A DNA stretch of 59,660 nt, filler included. It is 5 parts of 5 records of this genome, joined end to end, with 100 filler letters (N's around TTAATTAATTAA, not from the genome) between each part and the next. Parts side by side here need not be neighbours in the genome. Positions count along the whole stretch, not along the records: positions 38,492 to 44,303 come from SRR31156797_11177; positions 44,404 to 53,857 come from SRR31156797_11184; 3 more parts are not named here. The stretch is one strand, 5' to 3'. Numbering within the stretch: position 1 is the stretch's first letter; each line of letters opens with the position of its first letter. The notes beneath the pieces were generated by a model that did no database searches, had not been told where the DNA came from, and saw only the letters and a list, made by a program, of their open reading frames with translations. Shown here one piece after another: positions 39,146 to 48,618 of the stretch. The position numbers and the translations under genes were made by a program.

Positions 39146-40174
39146 ATGAGTGCACTTGGTGTACAATATAAAGTAAAAGAGGGTGATACGCTTTGGGACA
39201 TTGCCAAAAATGAATTGGGATCACCCCTGGAATGGCCGCGTATATATGCGTTTAACAACATGCCTAAAATAAATGCCACCGGCGTAAGAAAAATTGACGA
39301 CCCTGATCTTATCTATGCGGGGGAAATCATCCGGTTGCCGATATTAAAAGGCATGCCGCCGGCGAACAGCACCGGACCGCTTAAGAGTCCTCCACCAGGT
39401 GCGGTGCGGGCACCTCAGGCTTCTACAGGACGTCCGCAGTCACTCAAAAATCTTTTACCCGACACGAACATCCCACTTGCCGCAGCATATAACATTCAGT
39501 GGTCACATATTGAACCGGGTCCGGGGTATGTTGTCAAATTCACTATCTCCGGAAAATTAACCGTCCGGCTGGGAAAGAAAGTACCGGTGACCTATGTGGT
39601 TAATCAGGGATTGTCCGCAAGCCTTGCATCGGACGCGGTTGGTGTTCATGATAAATTATTGACGCAAATGGAGTACAGCTATGATCCATTGACCAAGAAT
39701 ATTGGTTTCAGCAACATGATGATCCTGAAGGCCCAAAATGTTCACGCCCCCAAAACGGCCGTCGGCTTTGCGATTAGTCCAACCAGCCCGCTGCCCGTTA
39801 TAAGGGGAGAAATACTCTATCCAACTCTGGAAGGCAGCATTGGCGTTGACAGTTACCTTGCCACAGATGTTAAAATCACTATCGATATTGAGATGAAGCC
39901 ACCTTCCCCAACGCCTGTTCCAGTTCCGGTTAACCAGCCTGTTGCAATCCGTGCTCCCCAACCGGTTAAAAACAATGGTGTAAATTGGCATAAAGTCGGT
40001 GCCTACACTGCCGCCGGTGCACTGACTGTCGGCTTTGCCGCCTGGGTTTATTGCAGTGGTGGCTTGGGAACCGTCAACACGCCACAATACGCCTACGCCA
40101 TGTCTGTTATTCTCGCTGTGGGGGTAACGGCACCGACACTTACCCGGGGTGGGGCGTCCGCTGGAATTAGATGA
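39146..40174 (+). CDS. LysM domain protein with C-terminal Gly/Ala-rich hydrophobic region
   Basis: YKVKEGDTLWDIA...W..IY..N...IDDPDLIYAGEIIRLP; AAGGAGA RBS; no signal peptide. Confidence 0.85.
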   Translation: MSALGVQYKVKEGDTLWDIAKNELGSPLEWPRIYAFNNMPKINATGVRKIDDPDLIYAGEIIRLPILKGMPPANSTGPLKSPPPGAVRAPQASTGRPQSLKNLLPDTNIPLAAAYNIQWSHIEPGPGYVVKFTISGKLTVRLGKKVPVTYVVNQGLSASLASDAVGVHDKLLTQMEYSYDPLTKNIGFSNMMILKAQNVHAPKTAVGFAISPTSPLPVIRGEILYPTLEGSIGVDSYLATDVKITIDIEMKPPSPTPVPVPVNQPVAIRAPQPVKNNGVNWHKVGAYTAAGALTVGFAAWVYCSGGLGTVNTPQYAYAMSVILAVGVTAPTLTRGGASAGIR

Positions 40175-41025
40175 TGAAAAGCCTACCGCTTATCTTCACT
40201 GCACTTTTGCTTTTATCACTTTTTTGGCAGCCGATAAATGATGCGCTTTTCAGTGACCGTAATGCACGACAGGCTATTCAGACCTCGATTGAGGAGATAA
40301 AGAAAAAACATAATATTTCTATATCAACCGGTCCGTTACCGTCTGGTATATATCATAAAACCCTCTCGGGCAAAGCGCCTGAGCCAAAGCACGCCTATGC
40401 CGCCCTTGTGGAATTAGATCGGGCGCTTGGTGAATATCCCAAAGATTTGCTCGGCCGTGTTCTCGACAGGGTATTGATTGTCGGCAACCTGACCATCTCC
40501 GGACTTCGGGTAGGCGGTACGTACCAGTTTACGAACGGAAAAACCAGCATCATCATTGCAACAGACTATGATTTTTCCACTGAAAACAAAACATTTGTCA
40601 GGCGAGCGTTCCATCATGAATTATCGAGCATTTTAATCACGAAATATCCCTTTCCAAAAGAGCAGTGGCTGTCTTTTTGGCCTTATGATATCAGACTTCC
40701 CACCGTTTACAAAGACGTATTACAGTATAGTCAACAATACGCATCAACTCAAGAAATTGAAACATTGTATGAAAAGGGGTTTGTTTCAGATTATGGACTG
40801 GCAGGCGTGGAAAATGACATTAATACTTATGCAGAACTGCTGTTGGATGCCCCCGCCAAAATGGCCATGCTCGCCAACCGGTTTCCGACCATAAGAAAAA
40901 AATTACATATCCTTCTTCTCTTCTATTCAGAATTACATCCGGCCATCAAGAAAAAAATCGGAAACGGGCCTCTCGTGAAATTTGTTGGTGGTGGGAGTGG
41001 AGGGCGCACCAAAAGCGCCGATTAA
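40171..41025 (+). CDS. Exported zincin-like protein with degenerate HExxH (HHELSS)
   Basis: Hydrophobic N-terminal signal, FHHELSS, GFVSDYG...ENDINTYAE; ATGA overlap with the LysM gene. Confidence 0.6.
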   Translation: MMKSLPLIFTALLLLSLFWQPINDALFSDRNARQAIQTSIEEIKKKHNISISTGPLPSGIYHKTLSGKAPEPKHAYAALVELDRALGEYPKDLLGRVLDRVLIVGNLTISGLRVGGTYQFTNGKTSIIIATDYDFSTENKTFVRRAFHHELSSILITKYPFPKEQWLSFWPYDIRLPTVYKDVLQYSQQYASTQEIETLYEKGFVSDYGLAGVENDINTYAELLLDAPAKMAMLANRFPTIRKKLHILLLFYSELHPAIKKKIGNGPLVKFVGGGSGGRTKSAD

Positions 41026-41098
41026 AACCGGTAAAGGATAGAGAATGAGAGAGCGTTATGGTGAAGGTTTTGCAAATCACACCAGTACTTTTCCCTTC

Positions 41099-41854
41099 TC
41101 AAATGGATATTTTTTGACAATTTCTTTCAAATTCCCGTAACAATGATTCCATGAAACGTCCTGACTCAAACCACCTTTCTATTTTTTCAAATTTGTGCAC
41201 ATATTCGTCGTAATATTTTGACTTTTTCATGGGGCTCAGTCTGGGTGCCTCGGCGTCCCGGGCAATTTTTTCGGGGTTCAGTTCGCTGATAATTTCTTTG
41301 ACTTTAGCATGGGCTGCCCGCTTGTTTGCCTGCTGGGATTCGTAAAAGGCCTTACTGATCTGGTCGATATAGCTGTCTAAGGACCGTCCGTGACTTGCCC
41401 CTTCAAGGTGGTAGCCAATGACCTGGCGGATGGTCTGGTCGGAATCCTGTCTTCCCACAAGGGTGGTGTTAATAGTTCTGATCAACTGGTTCAAGGCTTC
41501 AAAAATCGTGTTAATTGATTCTGCCAGGCTTTCCATAAGCTCGTCGGAGTTCATGTCTGCCTGGGATACGTTCCGCCCGAGCAGCAGTTTTATAACCCGT
41601 GCCAGGACATGGTTGTCAATTGTCATATCTTCTTGGGTTCTGTTCCCGACGGCAATGGGTGATTGGGGCATGGTTATGGTGTCATGTTCAAATTCCTGGA
41701 TCAGTCTGTCAAGAACCTCCTGACGACTGTTGTTATCCAGGTTTACCAGTACTTCATTCAGGTGGGCTTCAATGGCACTTTCACCAGCATTGTTTGCGTA
41801 AATTGCTTTAAGCTGTTCTTCTAATGACTGGTATGAAATATTTAAACTGTCCAT
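41099..41854 (-). CDS. Hypothetical protein resembling the C-terminal domain of T6SS FHA protein TagH/Fha, without an FHA domain
   Basis: Helical C-terminus AFYESQQA..AAH..V.EII.ELNPEKI...KSKYYDEY..KF...F...LLREFE; similarity judged by eye. Confidence 0.55.
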   Translation of the reverse strand: MDSLNISYQSLEEQLKAIYANNAGESAIEAHLNEVLVNLDNNSRQEVLDRLIQEFEHDTITMPQSPIAVGNRTQEDMTIDNHVLARVIKLLLGRNVSQADMNSDELMESLAESINTIFEALNQLIRTINTTLVGRQDSDQTIRQVIGYHLEGASHGRSLDSYIDQISKAFYESQQANKRAAHAKVKEIISELNPEKIARDAEAPRLSPMKKSKYYDEYVHKFEKIERWFESGRFMESLLREFERNCQKISI

Positions 41855-41874
41855 ATACCTTTGTTTCCCGGTAT

Positions 41875-44007
41875 CTATTTTTTGGGGGGAAGTATGACGG
41901 TTTGATCAAGATCATCATCTTCACTAAAAAAATTGTCACTGTTTTCAATCGTGTTGTCAGACGGCAAAGAGGTGTCGGAGGATAAAATAACGGTTTTTTC
42001 CAGGTTGCTGAACTCTTTTTCCGGTTCCGGTGTTCTAGTTTCCTGGCCTGTATCCATAACAACGGTTTTTTGGATATCCCCAAAATCATTGGGTGCCGGA
42101 TCAGGATTGGCCTGTGCATTAAGAACCATTGTTTTCTGCATCTGTTCAAATTCACTATGATCTGCCATGGGTGGGGCAGGGGCGCCAGGCACATTTGCAT
42201 TGCGTTTGTTCCTTTTTACAGGAATATCTGCCGGTCGTATTATGCCCTCGGTTGAAGAGAGCACAACGGTCTCCATTACATCTTCATCCTGTTCGTCCTG
42301 GGGTGGTTCAGATAATGCCCCGTTTTTCCATTTTGCTTTAAGCTGTTTCAGGATGGTGGCAATGGCCTGGTTTGCCAGCGCATCCTCTTGTGCGGCATCG
42401 GTAGAGGTCGCAGGATTTGTCTTTGGCTCATCCTGTCCGGCTGCACCGGTAACCGGCATAGCAGGTTTTTCCTTTATCTGGAGATTTTTGCTGAAAAGTT
42501 CTGATTTCACAGCATCCGATATCTCATTTACCTGCCGGATACAGTTTTTAATAAAAACGGGAAAATTTAAGATTTCTTTTTCTTTAATTAAAGATCCTGC
42601 AAAATGAATAGTCTGAAGCCATAAATCATGCCAGGATTCAGCCATTGAAACAGGTGCAGGCTCCCAGAAAATATTTTCCGGTTTAAAGATTGGATGTGAT
42701 TTAAAAAGTGCATGGGCGTTATTTGTCCATTCTTCGTCACCTGTGCTTTGCAGCAGAGCCGCCCCAGACTGAAAAACGGTATTTGCATCATGTTTATGGT
42801 TTACAAAAAAGGTGTAAAGGCACAATTGTGAAATGAAATTTGTGTGCAGATTATTTGTCGTGGATGTTTGAAAAAGATTCATGGGCCGGGTGGTGATAAG
42901 ATCCATCAGTTTAAGCTCATAATCCCAGAAAAAAGGCATCATCCCGGCATCTGATTTTGTGTTGATCCAGATGCTGTCCACATCAAGGTTAAAATTAAGA
43001 TTAAATTGATCGTTTAATCTTTTTTCAATTGATGTGAGTATCTTTTTCAAAAACGCATATTTTAAGAATAAAATTTCAAGCCAGAATCTGGGATCACCCT
43101 TGAACAGGTATTGAGATGGGTCCTGGCCGGATAATTCCGGTGTGTCGGGGCTGAATGGCAAGGATTCTGATTCTGGCGCGGCAGTTTCCGGGGCATTGGA
43201 CAAGATGCGTAGAAATTGCCTCCCGTTTATTCGGCAGGCGTTAAATACCAGCATGTAAAATGGATAAAAAGAGAGAAATCCAATGCGGGACAATGCTTTT
43301 TCCCCAGTCAAATAGCAGACACTGTGTTCAGGGCAGTCAAAGCATGGAAAACCATTGGATATCGCGGTCTTAATTTTGTTGAACCGCTTAATCAGTCCGT
43401 ATCGGTCCAGAACACCGGCCGGGTCGTCTTCCTGTCCGGCATAGGTATAAAAAAAATGGGTTGAATTTGATTCATAACATTCAGGGCAGAAAAGATAGCG
43501 GTTCAGGCTGGTATCAAATGAATCCAGACCCGCTTTTTTCAGAATCCGATCGTTTTTGCAAAGCATAAGCTCCCGGCCGCAGTCCGGGCATGGGGGGTGG
43601 AAAAAGCGATTTTTAAATTTGCAGTAAAAAAGCGGTTTCAGCTGGGCCGCTTGATGGCCGGGGGGGCTGGGAACAGTAAATGTGCCGCGATCTTGGGAAA
43701 AAAATTGAATGGTATCCAGCCAGGCCTGGTCCAGTGTTGTATTGGTCTGCGGACTGAAGGGTTCTCCGTCAGGGAAATAGGTGTCTTTTTGGACCAGTAT
43801 GAAAACAGGGTGGAAAATTCGGTTTGAACCATCGCACTTGAGCCCGCCTTTAATCAAACGGGTGAACGGCTTTTCGATTCCGGCAGATTGAAATGGAAAT
43901 GAATGTGAATATCCCCGTGGATTGTCTTGTTCTAAGACATGGATATCGATTAAAATTCCGTTGTTGCCGGATTCCAGGTATGGAAGTAAAGATATTGTTT
44001 TTTTCAT
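41875..44007 (-). CDS. Hypothetical Cys-rich protein with degenerate kinase-like segment and C-terminal Thr-repeat tail
   Basis: 710-aa ORF; CPDC, CPEC, CFDC motifs; NLDVDSIWI...LKLMDL; five TxxL/M repeats. Confidence 0.75.
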   Translation of the reverse strand: MKKTISLLPYLESGNNGILIDIHVLEQDNPRGYSHSFPFQSAGIEKPFTRLIKGGLKCDGSNRIFHPVFILVQKDTYFPDGEPFSPQTNTTLDQAWLDTIQFFSQDRGTFTVPSPPGHQAAQLKPLFYCKFKNRFFHPPCPDCGRELMLCKNDRILKKAGLDSFDTSLNRYLFCPECYESNSTHFFYTYAGQEDDPAGVLDRYGLIKRFNKIKTAISNGFPCFDCPEHSVCYLTGEKALSRIGFLSFYPFYMLVFNACRINGRQFLRILSNAPETAAPESESLPFSPDTPELSGQDPSQYLFKGDPRFWLEILFLKYAFLKKILTSIEKRLNDQFNLNFNLDVDSIWINTKSDAGMMPFFWDYELKLMDLITTRPMNLFQTSTTNNLHTNFISQLCLYTFFVNHKHDANTVFQSGAALLQSTGDEEWTNNAHALFKSHPIFKPENIFWEPAPVSMAESWHDLWLQTIHFAGSLIKEKEILNFPVFIKNCIRQVNEISDAVKSELFSKNLQIKEKPAMPVTGAAGQDEPKTNPATSTDAAQEDALANQAIATILKQLKAKWKNGALSEPPQDEQDEDVMETVVLSSTEGIIRPADIPVKRNKRNANVPGAPAPPMADHSEFEQMQKTMVLNAQANPDPAPNDFGDIQKTVVMDTGQETRTPEPEKEFSNLEKTVILSSDTSLPSDNTIENSDNFFSEDDDLDQTVILPPKK

Positions 44008-44303
44008 GTCTGCCCGCTTTGATCCAAATTACTTAACAAACTAAACTTATTTTTGAAGAACAGCCATTGGGTAACTTGGTTTATCAACACCCAAACTTCC
44101 TTATAAAAATGTACCCGCCTTTAGGTATTTGCCCTTTTATCAAAGGAAGATGTCTCCATATTGTAACCGGATCATGAATCAAGATCCAGTGGAAACATTA
44201 GCGCCTATATTCTATAAAATCAAGTCCTGACAGGAGTTTATCAGTCCTGACAAGTGATCCGCCAGCACCGGTGGATCTGTTTTTTCTTGGAAACATAATC
44301 CTC

Positions 44304-44403
44304 NNNNNNNNNNNNNNNNNNNNNNNNNNNNNNNNNNNNNNNNNNNNTTAATTAATTAANNNNNNNNNNNNNNNNNNNNNNNNNNNNNNNNNNNNNNNNN
44401 NNN
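44304..44403. other. Artificial contig spacer
   Basis: N44-TTAATTAATTAA-N44. Confidence 0.99.
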
Positions 44404-44645
44404 CTTTGTTCCTTGAGGAACACGCCTATTGATGCATAATCAACCGGTTCAAATATGCCTGCATCCTCTTTCTTCTTTTCTTCCTGGATTCTTTCCTGTT
44501 CGGCATAGAAAGAAGTATCAAACAGGCAGGTGGAAAAACCGGCTTTTTTAAGAGCCGCGGATAGGCACGAAATGCTTGTCGGGATAAATGTTCTCATTCG
44601 ATCGTTCAACGATACGAACATAACTTTAAAATCTTTATTGGACAT
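44404..44645 (-). CDS. Probable cobalamin-binding radical SAM protein, N-terminus only (3'-truncated)
   Basis: KVMFV...P.SIS.LSAALKKAGF...LFDT(S)FY is typical of the B12-binding N-terminus. Confidence 0.6.
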
Positions 44646-44743
44646 TAAGAAAACTCCGGACTCCTTTACAGTTTCATTTTAAAGGAGTTGCTTGCTTTCA
44701 ATTTGATTTGAGCTTCTCAAGAAAAGAGTCCCCCAAGTCTAAT

Positions 44744-46441
44744 TTAACCTCGGGATTCATCTTTTATTATTTGGGTCCATTGACAGGCCCAGTCGGATGA
44801 AGTCATGGCGAAATGATTTTGAAAAGCTTTGACAGCGTCCTGCCTGGCGGCGCTAAACCACCAATTATCGATATCGCCGTGTATTTCTTTGATTTGCTCC
44901 GCGGCATCAGCAGAATTATAAAAAAGAAGTCCTGCATCCTCGAGTTTTTTGAAATAGGGCGCCGCATCTTCACGCATTTCCCAAAACTTTTTATCGTAAA
45001 AGACCAAGACAGGGATATTTGAGGCAAAGCACTCAAGAAGACAAGTTCCCGGGTGGTCATTGACAACTAGTCGGGCGCCTTTTAATCTATCGGAAAAAGA
45101 AACGGAATGGTCGTCTATTCGTAAATCCTGAAATCTTTTTTCAAACAGTTCCTTTATATTCCATCCATAATCATAGTTATAAGGCCGGTATAAAATTTTA
45201 CGTAACTGCTCCCTGCCGATCGCGTCCAAAAACGTAAATGTGTTTTCAAAATATACCAACCATTGCCGACCGACGGGGAAACTCGAAAAACGATGTAAAT
45301 ATCTGGGCCCGGCAGTGCCTACCAGTAAAATGTCCGATAGCTGGTTTGACTCGCCCCTATTCCGTGCATTTGTTTTGGCCAGCTTGATGCCCGGAACATT
45401 TTTAAGCCTGGAATCATTTTTATCTACAGCCCAGCCCCAGCAAAAATAAACATCGGATATTTTTCTTTCATGATTCTCGGTCTCATTGACCAGGCTCATT
45501 CCATAACCGCCGCCGTGTTGAACGTTTAATATTTTCGATCCCCCGGATGCAAGCTCGGCGGCGTATAATTTACCAATTTCATTGTTTATCAAACCGCCGA
45601 CGGAACAAAGGGCTTTTGGAGGGCGTTCGTCGGCCAGCCCCAAAACGTGTTTCCGGGCGGGTGCATAGCCTTCCAGGTAAAGGGATGGAAAATTCCGGGC
45701 CAACGTGCTTATTACCAGGCGTTCAAATTCATCGTCGCCGGTAAGCCTGTTTAACTTTCGCCGGCCGGGATGGTCCGGGTCGGCCTTGGCAGCAAGACCT
45801 CTCGGGAATGTCTGCCAAAGGATGCTTCCAATTTTTAATTTTGATGCTTTGGCGATTTGCCTGTATTCATTAAATGTAATCTGACCCTGGACAAGGCTTT
45901 TCCTTCCTAAAAAAATAGTCAGCCGCTCAACTAGTCCAATTGCCTTGTGTTTGTAATTGCCGAAATTCAGACCCAGATCGGTTTGTCTCCTGTCCTGAGG
46001 TTCAACTTCCAGATAGCGGCTAATCTTATCACTATATCCATAAAATTCCAAAATCTGTGATGATACAAGAAAGGAATAGTAATCGTCATTGATAATGGAC
46101 CAGAAATAAAAGTCCTGAATATCTCGAGGCGTGACACGAGATTTATTAGACATTATCGCCATGCGATCGGCATAACCGCTTTCGATCATCCTGTTTACAT
46201 GGCAGTACCGATCGTAAACAAGTTCAAGGTAATGAAAAAGCCAGGGGCCGAGAATGATGCGCCAATATCTTACGGATTTAGAGACCCCATGAATATCATT
46301 CAGACAGCGGGTTAACTTTTTAAGCAACCTTTCCTGGACTTGTTCGCAATATTGCGCGGCCTCATAGAATGCATCCCGATCGTCCCAGGGGTTATCCAGA
46401 TTAAGAATATTGTAATAATTATCAAACAGTTTGTCGTTCAT
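44744..46441 (-). CDS. LIC12162-family putative transferase (surface-glycan associated)
   Basis: YWRIILGPWL, QHGGGYG, YFCWGW, YRPY..DYGW motifs. Confidence 0.78.
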   Translation of the reverse strand: MNDKLFDNYYNILNLDNPWDDRDAFYEAAQYCEQVQERLLKKLTRCLNDIHGVSKSVRYWRIILGPWLFHYLELVYDRYCHVNRMIESGYADRMAIMSNKSRVTPRDIQDFYFWSIINDDYYSFLVSSQILEFYGYSDKISRYLEVEPQDRRQTDLGLNFGNYKHKAIGLVERLTIFLGRKSLVQGQITFNEYRQIAKASKLKIGSILWQTFPRGLAAKADPDHPGRRKLNRLTGDDEFERLVISTLARNFPSLYLEGYAPARKHVLGLADERPPKALCSVGGLINNEIGKLYAAELASGGSKILNVQHGGGYGMSLVNETENHERKISDVYFCWGWAVDKNDSRLKNVPGIKLAKTNARNRGESNQLSDILLVGTAGPRYLHRFSSFPVGRQWLVYFENTFTFLDAIGREQLRKILYRPYNYDYGWNIKELFEKRFQDLRIDDHSVSFSDRLKGARLVVNDHPGTCLLECFASNIPVLVFYDKKFWEMREDAAPYFKKLEDAGLLFYNSADAAEQIKEIHGDIDNWWFSAARQDAVKAFQNHFAMTSSDWACQWTQIIKDESRG

Positions 46442-46501
46442 ATAAGATATTGGCGGTAAGAAAATGTATGGTAATGCGATCCTCTTCGGGAGGTTTACAG
46501 T

Positions 46502-47578
46502 TTATTCGCCGACAACCTGTTTTCTATTGGTATAATTTTCAATCCAGATTTCCCTGTCGTTCACCATGGCCTTTTCATTGGGGATCGCCTTACGAGGATA
46601 ATAGCACAGGCGACAAATATCCAATGAAAGGAAACCGCCGTCCTGCCTGTGGATATCCCTGATCCGGTTTAACTCCTTCCCGTGCCAAATCTCATGTATT
46701 GATTGTTGGTACGCGTTCCCCAAAATTCCCTCGCCATCCTCATCATTGGCGCACATCAGCACATTCCCGTCTGATCCGACCACCAACCTCTGGTATAATT
46801 GGGGACAGGAAAAGTTGTCCTCATATTCGATTTCCTTATCCTTGCGCAAATAATCGATAAGGGGGTTATAAGCCAACAGGTCCGTAACAGGGGCGAGTGA
46901 ATTATAATACTTTCCTGGATTAGGCCTGATGGCCGGCCATATGCCCTGAACTTTTATCACAGGCTTGGTTAATCCATTTTTTTTCTTGTATTCATGAATA
47001 GCTGTCAGCTTGGCCAATGTCTCGGCAAATTTGAGAGGGCGCCGAATGTTTTCGTATTCTTCATTGATTCCGTCGACCGATACGGTAATCCAGTCGGCGC
47101 CGGCTTCGGCCATTTTTATAAAGTTATCCAACTCAAGAGTGCTGCCGTTAGTCAAAAAAGATATCTCGCTAATGCCCTTTTTTCTGGCATAAGCAATCGC
47201 CTCAATGAAATTCTTGTGTAAAGTGGGCTCTCCCCTCAGGCTCAAACGAAGGGAATAAACCTTGCCGGCAATTTCATCGACGATTTTCTTGAACAGTTCG
47301 AAATCCATCAACCCCTTTTTCACCTTGCCCCGAAATTCTTCGGTAATGGTATAACACATGGGGCACTTGAGGTTGCAGACAGATGAAAGTTCAAGATCCA
47401 CAAGCAGTGGATAATCCCTTATTTCTTTATTTTGAGGCGCCTCAGACCAAAGCCGGCGATATTCCTTGTATTGCTCTTCCCAACCCTGTCCCATCTTTTG
47501 CTGGAATTCTTCGATCCGCTCATTCGTGTCGAGTTCAAAATGACCCTTGTTTATCGGTATATATTGTTCTTCCGCCAT
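46502..47578 (-). CDS. Radical SAM / SPASM-twitch domain protein
   Basis: CNLKCPMC, GEPTLH, TNG; C-terminal CPQ...DGNVLMC..D...GN...SIHEIW...CRLC. Confidence 0.92.
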   Translation of the reverse strand: MAEEQYIPINKGHFELDTNERIEEFQQKMGQGWEEQYKEYRRLWSEAPQNKEIRDYPLLVDLELSSVCNLKCPMCYTITEEFRGKVKKGLMDFELFKKIVDEIAGKVYSLRLSLRGEPTLHKNFIEAIAYARKKGISEISFLTNGSTLELDNFIKMAEAGADWITVSVDGINEEYENIRRPLKFAETLAKLTAIHEYKKKNGLTKPVIKVQGIWPAIRPNPGKYYNSLAPVTDLLAYNPLIDYLRKDKEIEYEDNFSCPQLYQRLVVGSDGNVLMCANDEDGEGILGNAYQQSIHEIWHGKELNRIRDIHRQDGGFLSLDICRLCYYPRKAIPNEKAMVNDREIWIENYTNRKQVVGE

Positions 47579-47582
47579 TTTT

Positions 47583-48569
47583 TCAGTCCTTTTCCACTTT
47601 GAACAAGTGATAATACGGCCGTATATCGCCGCCGAAGCTAAGTTTGAACCACCCGCGCCTGGGACTGTTCACCCCTTCCATGTCTATTTCATTTACGCCG
47701 GACCGGTTCAGCTCGGTAAAGGAGTCCCATAAAACCGCGGATCCGGTATGACTGTTTCTCAGTTTTGGATCATTCGCGCCGAAAATAAAATAGGCCCGTT
47801 TCTTGTCAATACCCCAAAAAGACATGCTTCCAGGCTCCCCTTCGGCCGTGCAGGAAACAAACATTCTTCCCAATCCCGCCCGAAACAATTCGACCTGGAG
47901 GTTGTTCATGCCTTTCAGCACTTCCTGATCAACCTGAATGTCCTGCCGGGCCATGGTCATCCTGTAAAAATCGACAAAAAGATCCGGTTGAAATTCTTCC
48001 GTGGTCCTAACGCCCTTTTTAATTGCATACCTGATTTCCTGACGTCTTGCCGATGAACATTGTGAAAACAAGGGAATATCTTCCGGCTTTTCAGCCGAAG
48101 CGGATCCTTCCAGGTTCAGGTAGCTCGTATAGCGCACATCCGGAGTATATTTGGGCAAGTCCGTACCGTAGTTGTACCAAAGGAAAGCCCGGATATCAAC
48201 TATGGACGGATCAAGGCTCATTGCGATATCACGATAACGGCTTCCTAGTTCCTCTGAAATAAATTCGGCCAATCGATGGTGTTCTGAAATAACCTGGGCC
48301 TGGTTCTGCCTGTTGGCAGGAGGCCGGAACATTACTCCGTTATAAATTATAAAATCGTCCAGTTCCGTGGATTTTCCGCCGTCGCATTCCACCAGCGCAA
48401 CCGCCGCATGTATTTCCTGGTTTTTATAGCAATAATAAGCGGCGCATTTCCTGCCGACGCCCTTGATATAATCGGATAAAGAAAAAACAGTCCCGTTTGG
48501 CGAGGAGTTAACAAAATCATCCCAGGCCTGATTAAATTCGGTTTTTTCCAATCTATATGGGTTGGTCAA
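47583..48569 (-). CDS. GNAT/FemAB-like acyltransferase
   Basis: WDDFVNSSPNGTVF, RRQEIRYA, DMEGVNSPRRGWFKLSFGG; TTG start. Confidence 0.8.
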   Translation of the reverse strand: MTNPYRLEKTEFNQAWDDFVNSSPNGTVFSLSDYIKGVGRKCAAYYCYKNQEIHAAVALVECDGGKSTELDDFIIYNGVMFRPPANRQNQAQVISEHHRLAEFISEELGSRYRDIAMSLDPSIVDIRAFLWYNYGTDLPKYTPDVRYTSYLNLEGSASAEKPEDIPLFSQCSSARRQEIRYAIKKGVRTTEEFQPDLFVDFYRMTMARQDIQVDQEVLKGMNNLQVELFRAGLGRMFVSCTAEGEPGSMSFWGIDKKRAYFIFGANDPKLRNSHTGSAVLWDSFTELNRSGVNEIDMEGVNSPRRGWFKLSFGGDIRPYYHLFKVEKD

Positions 48570-48618
48570 AAAAACACCTCAGTGATGTATTCTTGTATAA
48601 GTCTGTTATACGCGGACT

